From: an uncultured Acidobacteriota bacterium
GTDB lineage: Bacteria > Acidobacteriota > Blastocatellia > RBC074
Length of the DNA: 64,000 bases
Direction: 5' to 3'
Assembly: GCA_963796275.1 (NCBI GenBank)
Contig: CAWCKY010000006.1
Coordinates: forward strand, 1,152,001 to 1,216,000
Positions 22,870 through 32,545 of this stretch are shown here, in pieces. A program made the position numbers and the translations under genes. Positions within the stretch are counted from its first letter, which is position 1. Every line of letters starts with the position of its first letter. Under the pieces are notes generated by a model that searched no databases, was not told where the DNA came from, and worked only from the letters and a program-made list of their open reading frames with translations.

Positions 22870-24141
22870 TCACTCGGTATCTTTGTGGTACATCTCGCGC
22901 CAGGCCTTCAAGTAGGGAGAATGACCGTCTTCGGATTCGCGTATTTGTTTGATGACAGGCTGCGTGAATTTATTGACGATGGCGTTGAGCATTACCCGTA
23001 GAGCTTCTTCCTGCTCATCGGTCAGACTGCCCAGTCGCTTGCGGCTACGATCGAGCTCGGTGAATGCCATCGAGTTCACTTCCCGGCGGAATGCACCGAT
23101 CACGGCATTGATGTCTCCCTCGGCCAGCGCAGCCGTGAAACGTTCGACCTCGGCATCGATGATCGATTCGGCACGGATCGCCTCCCGCCGGCGCTCGGTC
23201 CGATTACCCTCGGCGATCGATTCGAGGTCATCGACGTCAAAAACGAAGGCATTGTCGAAGTCGCTTATCGCCGGGTCGATATTTCGCGGTACCGAGATGT
23301 CGATCAGCATCATCGGGCGGTTGCGGCGAATGGCAAGGGCGCCTCGGATCTGATCGGGAGAGACCAGGTAGTGCGGCGCTCCGGTCGAACATATGACGAT
23401 CTCTGCTTCGGGCAGCCGGCTGGCTAAATGCTCGAAACGGACCGGTTCGCCATTCATTTCGGCCGCCAGACGCTCCGCATTTTCATAAGTTCGATTGACT
23501 ATCAGTATCCGGCTCGCTCCATAGCTGAGCAGATGCCTGGCCGCAAGCTCCGCCATCTCGCCGGTGCCGATCAACATGACGGTCGTTCCATGCAGACTCT
23601 CAAAGACTTTCCGGGCGAGTTCGACCGCGACGAAACTGATGGAGACGGCACTCGATCCGATGCCCGTTTCGTTCCTCACTCTTTTGGATACCGCGAACGC
23701 GCGGTTCATTAGGCGCGTCAGCAGGTGGCCGACGCTCTCCGCCTCCTGAGCCTGTTGGAACGCTTCTTTGACCTGTCCCGTGATCTGCGGCTCGCCGACG
23801 ACCATCGACTCGAGGGAAGAGGTGACGCGGAAGATGTGTTTTATCGCAGATGAGTCCGAATGATGGTAGCAGTGCTTGCTGATCAGCGCGGAATCACATC
23901 TATGGAACTGATGGAGGAAGCCGTAGATGTGCGAGATGGCAGCCTCGGCTTCGTTCTGTTTGGGCGTCGCCGCAATCACCTCAACGCGGTTGCAGGTGGA
24001 GACTATCAGGCCTTCGCAGATCAACTCACGATCGACCAGCTGGCGCAGGGCCTCGTGAAGCTGCGTTTCAGCAAATGCCAGCTGCTCGCGAACCTCCACG
24101 GGCGCTGTTTTATGATTGACTCCGACGAGTACGATACTCAT
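22870..24141 (-). CDS. hemA: Glutamyl-tRNA reductase
   Basis: NHKTAPVEVRE, STCNRVE, SMVVGEPQITGQVK, GTGEM, DISVPRNID. Confidence 0.97.
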   Translation of the reverse strand: MSIVLVGVNHKTAPVEVREQLAFAETQLHEALRQLVDRELICEGLIVSTCNRVEVIAATPKQNEAEAAISHIYGFLHQFHRCDSALISKHCYHHSDSSAIKHIFRVTSSLESMVVGEPQITGQVKEAFQQAQEAESVGHLLTRLMNRAFAVSKRVRNETGIGSSAVSISFVAVELARKVFESLHGTTVMLIGTGEMAELAARHLLSYGASRILIVNRTYENAERLAAEMNGEPVRFEHLASRLPEAEIVICSTGAPHYLVSPDQIRGALAIRRNRPMMLIDISVPRNIDPAISDFDNAFVFDVDDLESIAEGNRTERRREAIRAESIIDAEVERFTAALAEGDINAVIGAFRREVNSMAFTELDRSRKRLGSLTDEQEEALRVMLNAIVNKFTQPVIKQIRESEDGHSPYLKAWREMYHKDTE

Positions 24142-24276
24142 ATGATTGCGGATCGCGGATGAAGATTCATCACAAAAAACGCAAAGACAGACAAAATCCG
24201 TAAGGGATCGAATAGAAATCGTTTTGTGTACGTTGATGACATTTGCGATTTTTGTGGGGAAGATTCATCCGTAATC

Positions 24277-25125
24277 TTAAGTCTGTAAGTAACCGAAAAC
24301 GTGATAGCCGCCCAGCGCCCGCGTGCCGAGCCAGGTCAAAAGTACGATGACGAATCCGATGATCGATAATAGCGCGACGCGGCGTCCACGCCATCCGGCC
24401 GTCAACCTGTAATGCATGATGAACAGGTAGATGACCCACGTCACCAGAGCCATCACCTCTTTCGGATCGTTATGCCAATAACGACCATCCCGCTGATTAT
24501 TCCAGATGATCCCGGTCACGACGCCCAGCGTGAGCGTGACAAACCCGATGCTCAGTGAGCGATAACCGATATCATCGCACGTATTGAGCGCCGGTAGTCG
24601 CTGGAAGGCTGCTCCGAAGTGCTTGGCCTTCAGCTCATGCTCCTGAATCAAATACATTACGCCGCTGACGAAGGTAACAATGAATGCCGCATAGGAAAAT
24701 ATGACGAGCGTCACATGCACCGGAAAAATGACTTTCGTGACAGCGTTCGTCGAGATTGCGCCTTCTAGCAGATGCGGCAACAATTGCCCCGGATCAGGAA
24801 GCAGAAGCGAGATGAGCGTAAAGACAAAGACCAGCGGCAGGATGAAGGTCGGAAGCGCGCGCGCGTGATATCGTAAACTCATGACGAGGTAATAAGCAAC
24901 TATCGCCCAGGCGATGAATGAGCTGACCTCTTTAGGATTCACGATCGGGAAATGCCCCAGTCGCCACCAGTCACTCGCCAGTGCTGCCGTATGTACGATA
25001 AAACCCGCGCCGATAAAAGCGACCAGCTCGCGCCCCGGTCTCTCGGATTTCGTCGCGAACGTTATTATGGAATAGAAAGCGCCAGCCAAATATAGCAGCA
25101 GCGCTATGATCAGCAGGATTGACAT
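24277..25125 (-). CDS. ccsA: CcsA/HemX-like cytochrome c biogenesis membrane protein
   Basis: Multiple TM helices, HV motif, W..DPKE...W, GWRGRR; common position upstream of hemA. Confidence 0.85.
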   Translation of the reverse strand: MSILLIIALLLYLAGAFYSIITFATKSERPGRELVAFIGAGFIVHTAALASDWWRLGHFPIVNPKEVSSFIAWAIVAYYLVMSLRYHARALPTFILPLVFVFTLISLLLPDPGQLLPHLLEGAISTNAVTKVIFPVHVTLVIFSYAAFIVTFVSGVMYLIQEHELKAKHFGAAFQRLPALNTCDDIGYRSLSIGFVTLTLGVVTGIIWNNQRDGRYWHNDPKEVMALVTWVIYLFIMHYRLTAGWRGRRVALLSIIGFVIVLLTWLGTRALGGYHVFGYLQT

Positions 25126-25346
25126 AGAATTCCAACCACAGATTAGAATACGAATTGATATTAACACCGGATTTAGCGCTTTGACAGCCAACTCCTTACC
25201 GATACTGTTCCGGTTTTTGGAACTGTTAATAACGCAGGACGTATCAGGACGTATAATGGCGCGAATATGAGAATTTGATATGAAATATAAATCATGAAAA
25301 TGCCATATCTTAATGGGTTATCCGGACTCTTAGGAGATGATGCGTT

Positions 25347-25934
25347 ATGTGGGAAGCAATCGCTCAGTACAGTTCAATCACCATATTCCTTATTGTAGGA
25401 GCCTTCGGCCTCGTTTTTCTGATTATCTCGTACTTCTTCGGGGAGTTCTTCGAAGTCCTTGATAACGAGGCCGATCTGGATGCCGAAGATAGCGGGGGGA
25501 TATTCAGCCTGAAGGTCATGAGCGTGTTTGTGACCGCTTTCGGGGGCGTTAGCGCGCTCGGGGTTTATGAGGGGTTCGGCATGTTGCTGAGCACCGGCTT
25601 CGGAGTGGCCGGTGGTTTTGCCCTTGCCTTTTTGGTCTATTACTTTGGCCGAATGCTCTATTCGCAACAATCGTCAAGCCACGTAAATACAGCCGATTTA
25701 GTAGGATGCAGGGCGGAAGTAATCGTGGGAATTCCCGGGGGAGGCTCCGGTCAGGTGCGTTGTCTCTTCGGTGAAACGATGGTAGAGAAGATCGCCCGCT
25801 CACGCGACGGCAGCGCGATCGCGCAACATGTGGAAGTTCTTATTGAAGAAGTCCTCGGTGAAAGTGTAATCGTCCGCCCGTGGTCATCAGCAATGGAGGC
25901 GCGCTCTCTTTTTTCGACTACTATCGAGCCATAG
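25347..25934 (+). CDS. NfeD-like membrane partner of flotillin
   Basis: Three TM segments then OB-fold LVGCRAEVIVGIPGGGSGQV; upstream of SPFH gene. Confidence 0.8.
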   Translation: MWEAIAQYSSITIFLIVGAFGLVFLIISYFFGEFFEVLDNEADLDAEDSGGIFSLKVMSVFVTAFGGVSALGVYEGFGMLLSTGFGVAGGFALAFLVYYFGRMLYSQQSSSHVNTADLVGCRAEVIVGIPGGGSGQVRCLFGETMVEKIARSRDGSAIAQHVEVLIEEVLGESVIVRPWSSAMEARSLFSTTIEP

Positions 25935-26203
25935 AAATCGATTTGCATAAATACTGTTCAGCCGTAACTGCTCACACCTTACGCCTGTAACGAAACAAAC
26001 GGAGAAGCGATGCAGTATGTGGTCTCGCAGGCCGGGTCGCTTATGCTCATACTGCGCCGCAAATCGATCGATCAGGTTCAGCCTTTAATCGTCTCTTTTC
26101 CATAAGTTGGAAATTGAAATCAGTATCTAACTCTAGCCTGTGACTATAACGACATCTAACCGGAGCGCGGGACGCTCTCGGTTGGTGCAGAGGAGGTGTA
26201 TCG

Positions 26204-27757
26204 ATGTTCGAAAATCTCTTGATAATTGCGGTCGCGGGAGCGGGGCTCCTGGCTCTCTTCATTGCGCTGATGATCATCAGCAAAAACTACATTAAAGTTC
26301 CGCCGAATGAGGCAGCGGTCTTCAGCGGGCGCAAACGCAAACTGCCCGATGGGCGCGTCGTCGGTTATCGACTGGTGCGTGGCGGGGCAGCTCTACGCGT
26401 ACCGCTTCTTGAGAAAGTAGACTACCTATCGCTCAATGTGATCACCATACCGCTCGAGATCAGACGGGCATACACGTTGAAGGGCGTGCCCGTGTCGGTC
26501 AAGGCGGTCGCGAACGTTAAAATCCGCAGCGACGATGTATCGCTACAGGCTGCCGCCGAGCGTTTCCTCGGGATGTCGACGCCGGAGGTCCAGAGGGTGA
26601 TCTTTCAAACGCTCGAAGGGCATTTGCGCGCTATCCTGGGGACGCTCACCGTCGAAGAGATCAACAATGACCGCCAGAGCTTTGCGCAGAAGCTCACATC
26701 GGAAGCTGCATTGGACCTCGAGCGAATGGGCATCGGCGTCGACGTCCTCACTATCCAGGAGATCAGCGATGACGAAGGCTACCTCGATGCGCTGGGGAAG
26801 CGGCGGACGGCCGAGGTCAAACGCGATGCGCAGATCGGAGAGGCCGAGGCCACGCGTGATTCGAAGATCAACGCATCGCGGGCCATGCAGGAAGGCGAGA
26901 AGGTCAAACTCGAATCCGAAGCGAACATCGCTTTCGCACAGCGCGAGCTGGAGGTCAAGAAGGCGCAATTTCAGGCGGAAGTCGAAACCGAACGCGCCCG
27001 GGCTGATCAGGCGGGTCCGCTCTCGAGCGCCAAAGCGCGTCAGGCTGTCATCGCCGAGGAAGTGCGTATCGAAAAGATTCGCACGGAAGAACGCATCTCT
27101 GTCGAAGAACAGGAAGTGAAACGCAGGGAGCGCGAGCTCGAGTCGACAGTGATCAAACCGGCCGATGCCGAACGGACAGCGGCGGTTCTGCGTGCCGAAG
27201 CGGCCAAACAGGCGGCGATCCTGGAGGCTGAGGGCAGAAAGGCCGCGCTGATCGCGATCGCTGAAGCCGAACAGGAGCGGTTGCGGCAAGAAGGCATGGG
27301 ACGCGCTTCGGCCATCGAAGCCGAAGGTAGAGCCGAGGCCGCCAAGATCGAAGCTACCGGAATCGCGCAGGCGAGAGCAATAGAAGCCCAAGGTCTCGCC
27401 GAAGCCAACGCGATCCTCAAGAAGGCCGAGGCCTGGAAACAATTCAACGAATCGGCGAGGCTGCAGACCATTCTCGAAAAACTGCCGAGCATCCTCGAGG
27501 CGTCTGCGCCTGTCTTCAGCGCAGTCGCATCACCGCTCGGCAACATCGATAAGGTGGTGATGATCGAACAGGGCAATGGCCATGGTGCAAGCGGGATCAA
27601 TCGCTTCGCCTCGACCGCGCCTTCGGTGGTCTTCGGCTTCCTGCAGCAACTTGAGGCCCTGGGAATCAATGTCCCCAATCTGATCGCGCAGTTGGGCATT
27701 GAAACCAAGGCTGATTCAACTAAGAGCGACGCTCTTACCAAAACTGCGGATCAATAG
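26204..27757 (+). CDS. Flotillin family (SPFH) protein
   Basis: N-terminal TM, AAERFLG, LEGHLRAILGTLTVEEI, GYLDALGK, long EA-rich coiled coil. Confidence 0.95.
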   Translation: MFENLLIIAVAGAGLLALFIALMIISKNYIKVPPNEAAVFSGRKRKLPDGRVVGYRLVRGGAALRVPLLEKVDYLSLNVITIPLEIRRAYTLKGVPVSVKAVANVKIRSDDVSLQAAAERFLGMSTPEVQRVIFQTLEGHLRAILGTLTVEEINNDRQSFAQKLTSEAALDLERMGIGVDVLTIQEISDDEGYLDALGKRRTAEVKRDAQIGEAEATRDSKINASRAMQEGEKVKLESEANIAFAQRELEVKKAQFQAEVETERARADQAGPLSSAKARQAVIAEEVRIEKIRTEERISVEEQEVKRRERELESTVIKPADAERTAAVLRAEAAKQAAILEAEGRKAALIAIAEAEQERLRQEGMGRASAIEAEGRAEAAKIEATGIAQARAIEAQGLAEANAILKKAEAWKQFNESARLQTILEKLPSILEASAPVFSAVASPLGNIDKVVMIEQGNGHGASGINRFASTAPSVVFGFLQQLEALGINVPNLIAQLGIETKADSTKSDALTKTADQ

Positions 27758-28134
27758 CTCGTCCCTCTTCGGTGAAACCGCGGGGAACACGGGTGGCCTC
27801 GGATATCTCAGAATCCGCGCCTCCCGTGCCCCCCGTACAGCTGTGACCCGCGGTCATTTCCGACCAACACATGCATCAGCAATCTCCAAATTGTGGTTGA
27901 CAAATGCGACCGTTAGAGGTATTTGTTACGTATTGAGACAAAATCTCGATATTGCCCATTGGAGGTTTAAGCAGCGGTCTTTAATGGGCAGACTCACAGA
28001 TAGCCCCAGTAGTACGATCTCCCTGATTTACCACTAATAACATTAGCGATTTGCTATATCGGGTGCACGATCTAGCGATCGAATTGGCGGATACCCCTGC
28101 GTAATTAGTTATACATTAAAACAAAAGGAGATAC

Positions 28135-28815
28135 ATGAGATATACACAACCAGCACTATGCTTGTTTATCCTGATGATGGTGACGGGGATTGCGAGCGCG
28201 CAAAATCCACCGACGTGCAATGTGACGAATACAGTCATTGTTCGCGCAACGATCGTCGTCAGCAATACGGCGTTTGATGGTGGCTGTACGCGATATGTCG
28301 CAGGGCCGGAATTGGGCGATGGAAGTCAGGATGAAGATCAGCAGCCGGTTTTCAGGGTTACCAATGGTATGCTTCGAAACGTTGTCCTGGGGGCACCGGC
28401 GGCTGACGGTATCCATACACGGGGGAATGTGACGCTGAACAATGTTCACTGGCAGGATGTCGGGGAAGATGCATTGACAGTGAAGGAATCGGGTACTGTC
28501 ACCATCGACGGCGGCACAGCAACCAACGCCGACGATAAGATATTTCAGATCAATGCCGCCAGCACCTTCAATGTAAGAAACTTCGTTGCGAGCAATGGAG
28601 GCAAATTCATTCGCCAGAATGGCGGGACGGAATTCACAGTCAACATATTCATCGATAATTGCAATATATCGAATATGGATGAGGCGATCGCGCGGACCGA
28701 CAGCCCCACCACTACGGTGAGGATGACCAACACTCGTTATAGCAATATCGGCGATGCACTCTTCATCGGCTTCGCTCCCGGTAATGTAAGTCAGTCAAAT
28801 AATGTTGAGTACTGA
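28135..28815 (+). CDS. Secreted pectate lyase, PL3 family
   Basis: GDGSQDEDQQPVF, ADGIH, WQDVGEDALTVK, DDKIFQIN, GKFIRQNGG; signal peptide. Confidence 0.9.
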   Translation: MRYTQPALCLFILMMVTGIASAQNPPTCNVTNTVIVRATIVVSNTAFDGGCTRYVAGPELGDGSQDEDQQPVFRVTNGMLRNVVLGAPAADGIHTRGNVTLNNVHWQDVGEDALTVKESGTVTIDGGTATNADDKIFQINAASTFNVRNFVASNGGKFIRQNGGTEFTVNIFIDNCNISNMDEAIARTDSPTTTVRMTNTRYSNIGDALFIGFAPGNVSQSNNVEY

Positions 28816-28877
28816 TATCTGTACACTGGTGCGGGGTCTGTCTTGAGAATACAGACGACGCGCACTTTAAACGATGA

Positions 28878-28911
28878 CGACTACTGGGAGCGCAATCGCT
28901 CCCAGTAGTCG
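28878..28911. terminator. Perfect 15-bp hairpin after pectate lyase (terminator or REP-like; no U-tract)
   Basis: CGACTACTGGGAGCG-CAAT-CGCTCCCAGTAGTCG. Confidence 0.55.
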
Positions 28912-29265
28912 CAATGAGATACTGACCGTTATTTGTGCCACTGGATAAATCACACCCAATTTCCATATGCTGCGGCGCAGGAAGTCGGCTGGCAAGCCAT
29001 ATTCGATAACTCCAGTGCGCCGGGGTTTGAAATCACTCCCACCACATTTACAAATGCTTCTCACTATCGATATGATGCTCAGCGCCATGGTTTTAAGCGG
29101 CGAGAATTAACCGTCAGCGATATCTTGTCAGCGAAAGCACTTACCGATACTAAAACCAGCCACATAGGCGGAGATACAGAGTAGGGAAAGGAAGTTTAAC
29201 CGTCTGAGGCGATCATATTTCCTTTGTGTCTTTGCGCCTATTTGCTGATTTTTGAGGAGCCATCT

Positions 29266-30741
29266 ATGAAAAAAACAGACCGGCACTACGCACTGGGGTT
29301 GTTCATCCTAATCTTTATTGTCTGCAGCACGCTCATTCCGCCTCGCGCATCTATGTCACCTGCATTCATGCTCGATGCGACGAACTGGAGCCGGCAATCG
29401 ATCTATTTCCTTCTGACCGACCGTTTCTCAAACGGAGTGGCAGCTAACGACAACTACGGCGGATTCAATTCTGACCGCAGTGATCCGCGTAAATGGCACG
29501 GCGGCGATTTCCAGGGATTGATCAACAAGCTGGACTACATCAAAGGCATGGGATTCACGGCGATCTGGATCACACCCGTGCAGATGCAACGCGGTATTCA
29601 CTCCTTCCACGGCTATGCTACTTATGACTTCTATGGCATTGACGGCCATCTAGGCGACATGAATAAACTCAGGGAACTGGTCGACACGGCTCATGCGAAA
29701 GATATCTATGTCATGCTCGACGTGGTAGCCAATCACAGCGGCGATTTTCAGCCATCCAACGGCATCGCCGCGCCGCCTTTCGACAAATACGATTGGTATC
29801 ATCACTTTGGAGACGTGCAAGATTACAATGACCAGTTTTGGGTCGAAAATGGAGACGTGGCGGGGCTCGACGATCTCAACCAGGACAACCCGGCGACCGC
29901 GGCGGAGTTGAAGAATTGGATCTCGTGGCTGCGAACGCAGACCGGTCTGGACGGGTTGCGCGTCGATACGGCCAAACACGCGCCGAAATGGTTCTGGCGA
30001 GACTTCGATGCCGCGGCCAACACCTTCACCATGGGCGAGGTATATCACGGCGATCCGGGATACGTCGCCGATTACACCAATTATTTAGATGCGACGCTCG
30101 ACTTCCCGCTTTACTATACGATCAAGAATGTCTTTGCAAATGATCAGTCGATGTGGCAGATCAACCAGCGTTTCGGGGACGACTGGCGGTATAAAAACAA
30201 ATTCACCAACGGCGTCTTCATCGACAACCATGACGTGCATCGCTTTTTGTGCGACGCCACCGGCCGGCCGGGCGCCAACTGGGATAAATGGCCTCAGCTC
30301 AAAGCGGCTCTCGGCTTCGCCTTTACCATTCGCGGCATACCGATCGTCTATTACGGCACGGAGCAGGGTTTCACCGGGTGCGCCGATCCATTTAATCGCG
30401 AGGACCTATTCGAGAGCTTCAACACGACCAGCCCGCTCTACATCTATATTCAACAGCTCAATGCCGTGAAACGGGCGCATCCGGCGCTTCAGGACGGCTG
30501 GCAGGAAGAGAAGTGGGTCAATGAAAGCTTTTATGCTTTCCAGCGCTCGAAGAACGGGAACGAGGCTGTCGTCTGCATAAACAACAGCTGGGGTTTCCAG
30601 AGCATCAATGTGCCGAATATCAGCAACCTGCCGAACGGGACGGTGATGCACAACCGCATGGGCAGCGACAGTGTGACGGTCAACAATGGTACGGTTACAT
30701 GCAGTATGGCGGCCAAGGAGGTAAAGATCTTTACAAGATAG
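29266..30741 (+). CDS. Secreted GH13 alpha-amylase
   Basis: IYFLLTDRF, GFTAIWITP, DVVANH, GLRVDTAKH, GEV, FIDNHD. Confidence 0.94.
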   Translation: MKKTDRHYALGLFILIFIVCSTLIPPRASMSPAFMLDATNWSRQSIYFLLTDRFSNGVAANDNYGGFNSDRSDPRKWHGGDFQGLINKLDYIKGMGFTAIWITPVQMQRGIHSFHGYATYDFYGIDGHLGDMNKLRELVDTAHAKDIYVMLDVVANHSGDFQPSNGIAAPPFDKYDWYHHFGDVQDYNDQFWVENGDVAGLDDLNQDNPATAAELKNWISWLRTQTGLDGLRVDTAKHAPKWFWRDFDAAANTFTMGEVYHGDPGYVADYTNYLDATLDFPLYYTIKNVFANDQSMWQINQRFGDDWRYKNKFTNGVFIDNHDVHRFLCDATGRPGANWDKWPQLKAALGFAFTIRGIPIVYYGTEQGFTGCADPFNREDLFESFNTTSPLYIYIQQLNAVKRAHPALQDGWQEEKWVNESFYAFQRSKNGNEAVVCINNSWGFQSINVPNISNLPNGTVMHNRMGSDSVTVNNGTVTCSMAAKEVKIFTR

Positions 30742-30928
30742 TGGGCACAAGGTGATCTCACACACAAAGCGGCTGAGACGCAAAGAGAAGATAATGGAAG
30801 ATAAGAAATTAGATATTGAGAAATCCTCTATTTCTCATCTTTTCTTGTTCGAACTTGTTCGAAAGCCTAATCAGAGAATCATCGATCAGGTCGTGAAGTT
30901 TTAGGAATCGAGAGCCGTCGATAAAAAT

Positions 30929-30968
30929 TGCCCACAATAATCACAAATCTTTGTGACTATTGTGGGCA
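30929..30968. terminator. Near-perfect 19-bp inverted repeat between convergent amylase and MFS genes
   Basis: TGCCCACAATAATCACAAA-TC-TTTGTGACTATTGTGGGCA. Confidence 0.6.
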
Positions 30969-30981
30969 GTCTCAGGCAGGA

Positions 30982-32508
30982 TCAGTTAGCCTTATTATTC
31001 ACTTCAAGTTCGTCCCAAATGCGATGGTGTTTTGTCTCCTTGAGCAGGAGCGAGCCGACGATGAAGGTGATACTCGCGACTATAATCGGGTAGTAGAGTC
31101 CCGCGTAGATGTTCCCCGTCAAAGCGCATGAGACAAGACCGATGGTGGGCAGCAACCCGCCGAAGACTCCGTTGCCGATATGGTAAGGCAACGAGAGCGA
31201 CGTGTACCGCACTTTCGCCGGGAAGGCCTCAACCAGATAAGCAGCAATTGGACCGTAGACCATGCAGACGAAGATCACCTGAATGAAGACTAAGAAAATG
31301 AGAAGCGCTATGTTCGGATTCGTCGCCTCCTTCGCCGGCTCGAGCTTTGGCTGCCCCGTCACCGGATCTAGAATCGACTGGCCCGTCGCTGGATCTTTCG
31401 CGGATGTCTGCGGTGTCAGCTTGTAATCGAGTGGATTCTTTCCCTTCGTTGAGCTCAGTGCCACTACGTCATTGCCCGCCGCCTCAGTCATCGCCTGGTA
31501 GATCGGTAAATAAAAGATCACTCCGAGCAGACAACCGGCCATCATGATTTTCTTTCGTCCGATCTTGTCTGAGAGCGCGCCAAAGACCGTGAAGAACGGT
31601 GTTCCCAAGAGCACCGCAATGGCGATAATCATGCTGGCCGTGGCCGGTGGCACCTTGAGGATCGTTTGCATATAGTAGAGCGCATAAAACTGCCCGGTGT
31701 ACCAGACCACTCCTTGCCCAGCGGTAGCGCCGAAGAGCGAGATCAGCACGCGCTTGAGGTTATCCCATTTGGTGAATGCTTCCTTCAATGGCTTGGCCGA
31801 AGTCATTCCCGCTACCTTGATATGCTGGAAGATCGGCGATTCTTTCATCCTCAGCCGGATATAGAGAGACATCGCAACCAGAAAGATTGAGAGAATGAAC
31901 GGAATGCGCCAGCCCCATGCGGAGAAGTCCTCTTTGCTCAGCATATTCTGTATGCCGAGGATAACAACCAGGGATATGAAGAGCCCGGCTGTCGCTGTGA
32001 TCTGAATGAAACTCGTATAGAAGCCGCGCCTGTGGTCAGGGACGTGCTCTGCGACATAGACGGCCGCACCGCCGTACTCTCCGCCGAGAGCCAGTCCCTG
32101 CAGCACGCGAAGCAGGATCAGCATTACGGGTGCGGCATAACCGATAGTCTGAAAGGTTGGTAGGAAACCGACAGCTGCCGTCGCGACGCCCATCAGTACG
32201 AGCGTTACGAGAAAGGCGTATTTCCGTCCTACCAGATCGCCGATTCGCCCGAAGAAGAGCGCGCCGAAAGGTCGCACCACGAAGCCGACCGCGAAGGTGG
32301 CAAGGTATGCGATTAACGCCATCGTATCGTTGCCCGGCGGATAGAAGAGCGGCGATATTGTGACAGCCAGCGAACCGAAGATATAGAAGTCATACCACTC
32401 GATCACCGTACCGACCGATGAGGCCGTGATGACCTTCCAGATGCTGTATTCCTTCGCCGCGCTCTGGAAAGCGCGTGACTCACCAACCGTTATGGAGGAC
32501 TCTGCCAT
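30982..32508 (-). CDS. MFS transporter, metabolite:H+ symporter (MHS) family
   Basis: GTVIEWYDFY, RPFGALFFGRIGDLVGRK, GLALGGEYGG, ESP, SDKIGRK. Confidence 0.93.
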   Translation of the reverse strand: MAESSITVGESRAFQSAAKEYSIWKVITASSVGTVIEWYDFYIFGSLAVTISPLFYPPGNDTMALIAYLATFAVGFVVRPFGALFFGRIGDLVGRKYAFLVTLVLMGVATAAVGFLPTFQTIGYAAPVMLILLRVLQGLALGGEYGGAAVYVAEHVPDHRRGFYTSFIQITATAGLFISLVVILGIQNMLSKEDFSAWGWRIPFILSIFLVAMSLYIRLRMKESPIFQHIKVAGMTSAKPLKEAFTKWDNLKRVLISLFGATAGQGVVWYTGQFYALYYMQTILKVPPATASMIIAIAVLLGTPFFTVFGALSDKIGRKKIMMAGCLLGVIFYLPIYQAMTEAAGNDVVALSSTKGKNPLDYKLTPQTSAKDPATGQSILDPVTGQPKLEPAKEATNPNIALLIFLVFIQVIFVCMVYGPIAAYLVEAFPAKVRYTSLSLPYHIGNGVFGGLLPTIGLVSCALTGNIYAGLYYPIIVASITFIVGSLLLKETKHHRIWDELEVNNKAN

Positions 32509-32545
32509 CGTGAATTGTTCCTTTCTCGTATCTTGCGTCGCTCAA

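Noticed and set aside
28867-29184. Short ORFs on both strands between pectate lyase and amylase
   Set aside because: No clear RBS or recognisable domain; cannot be supported.
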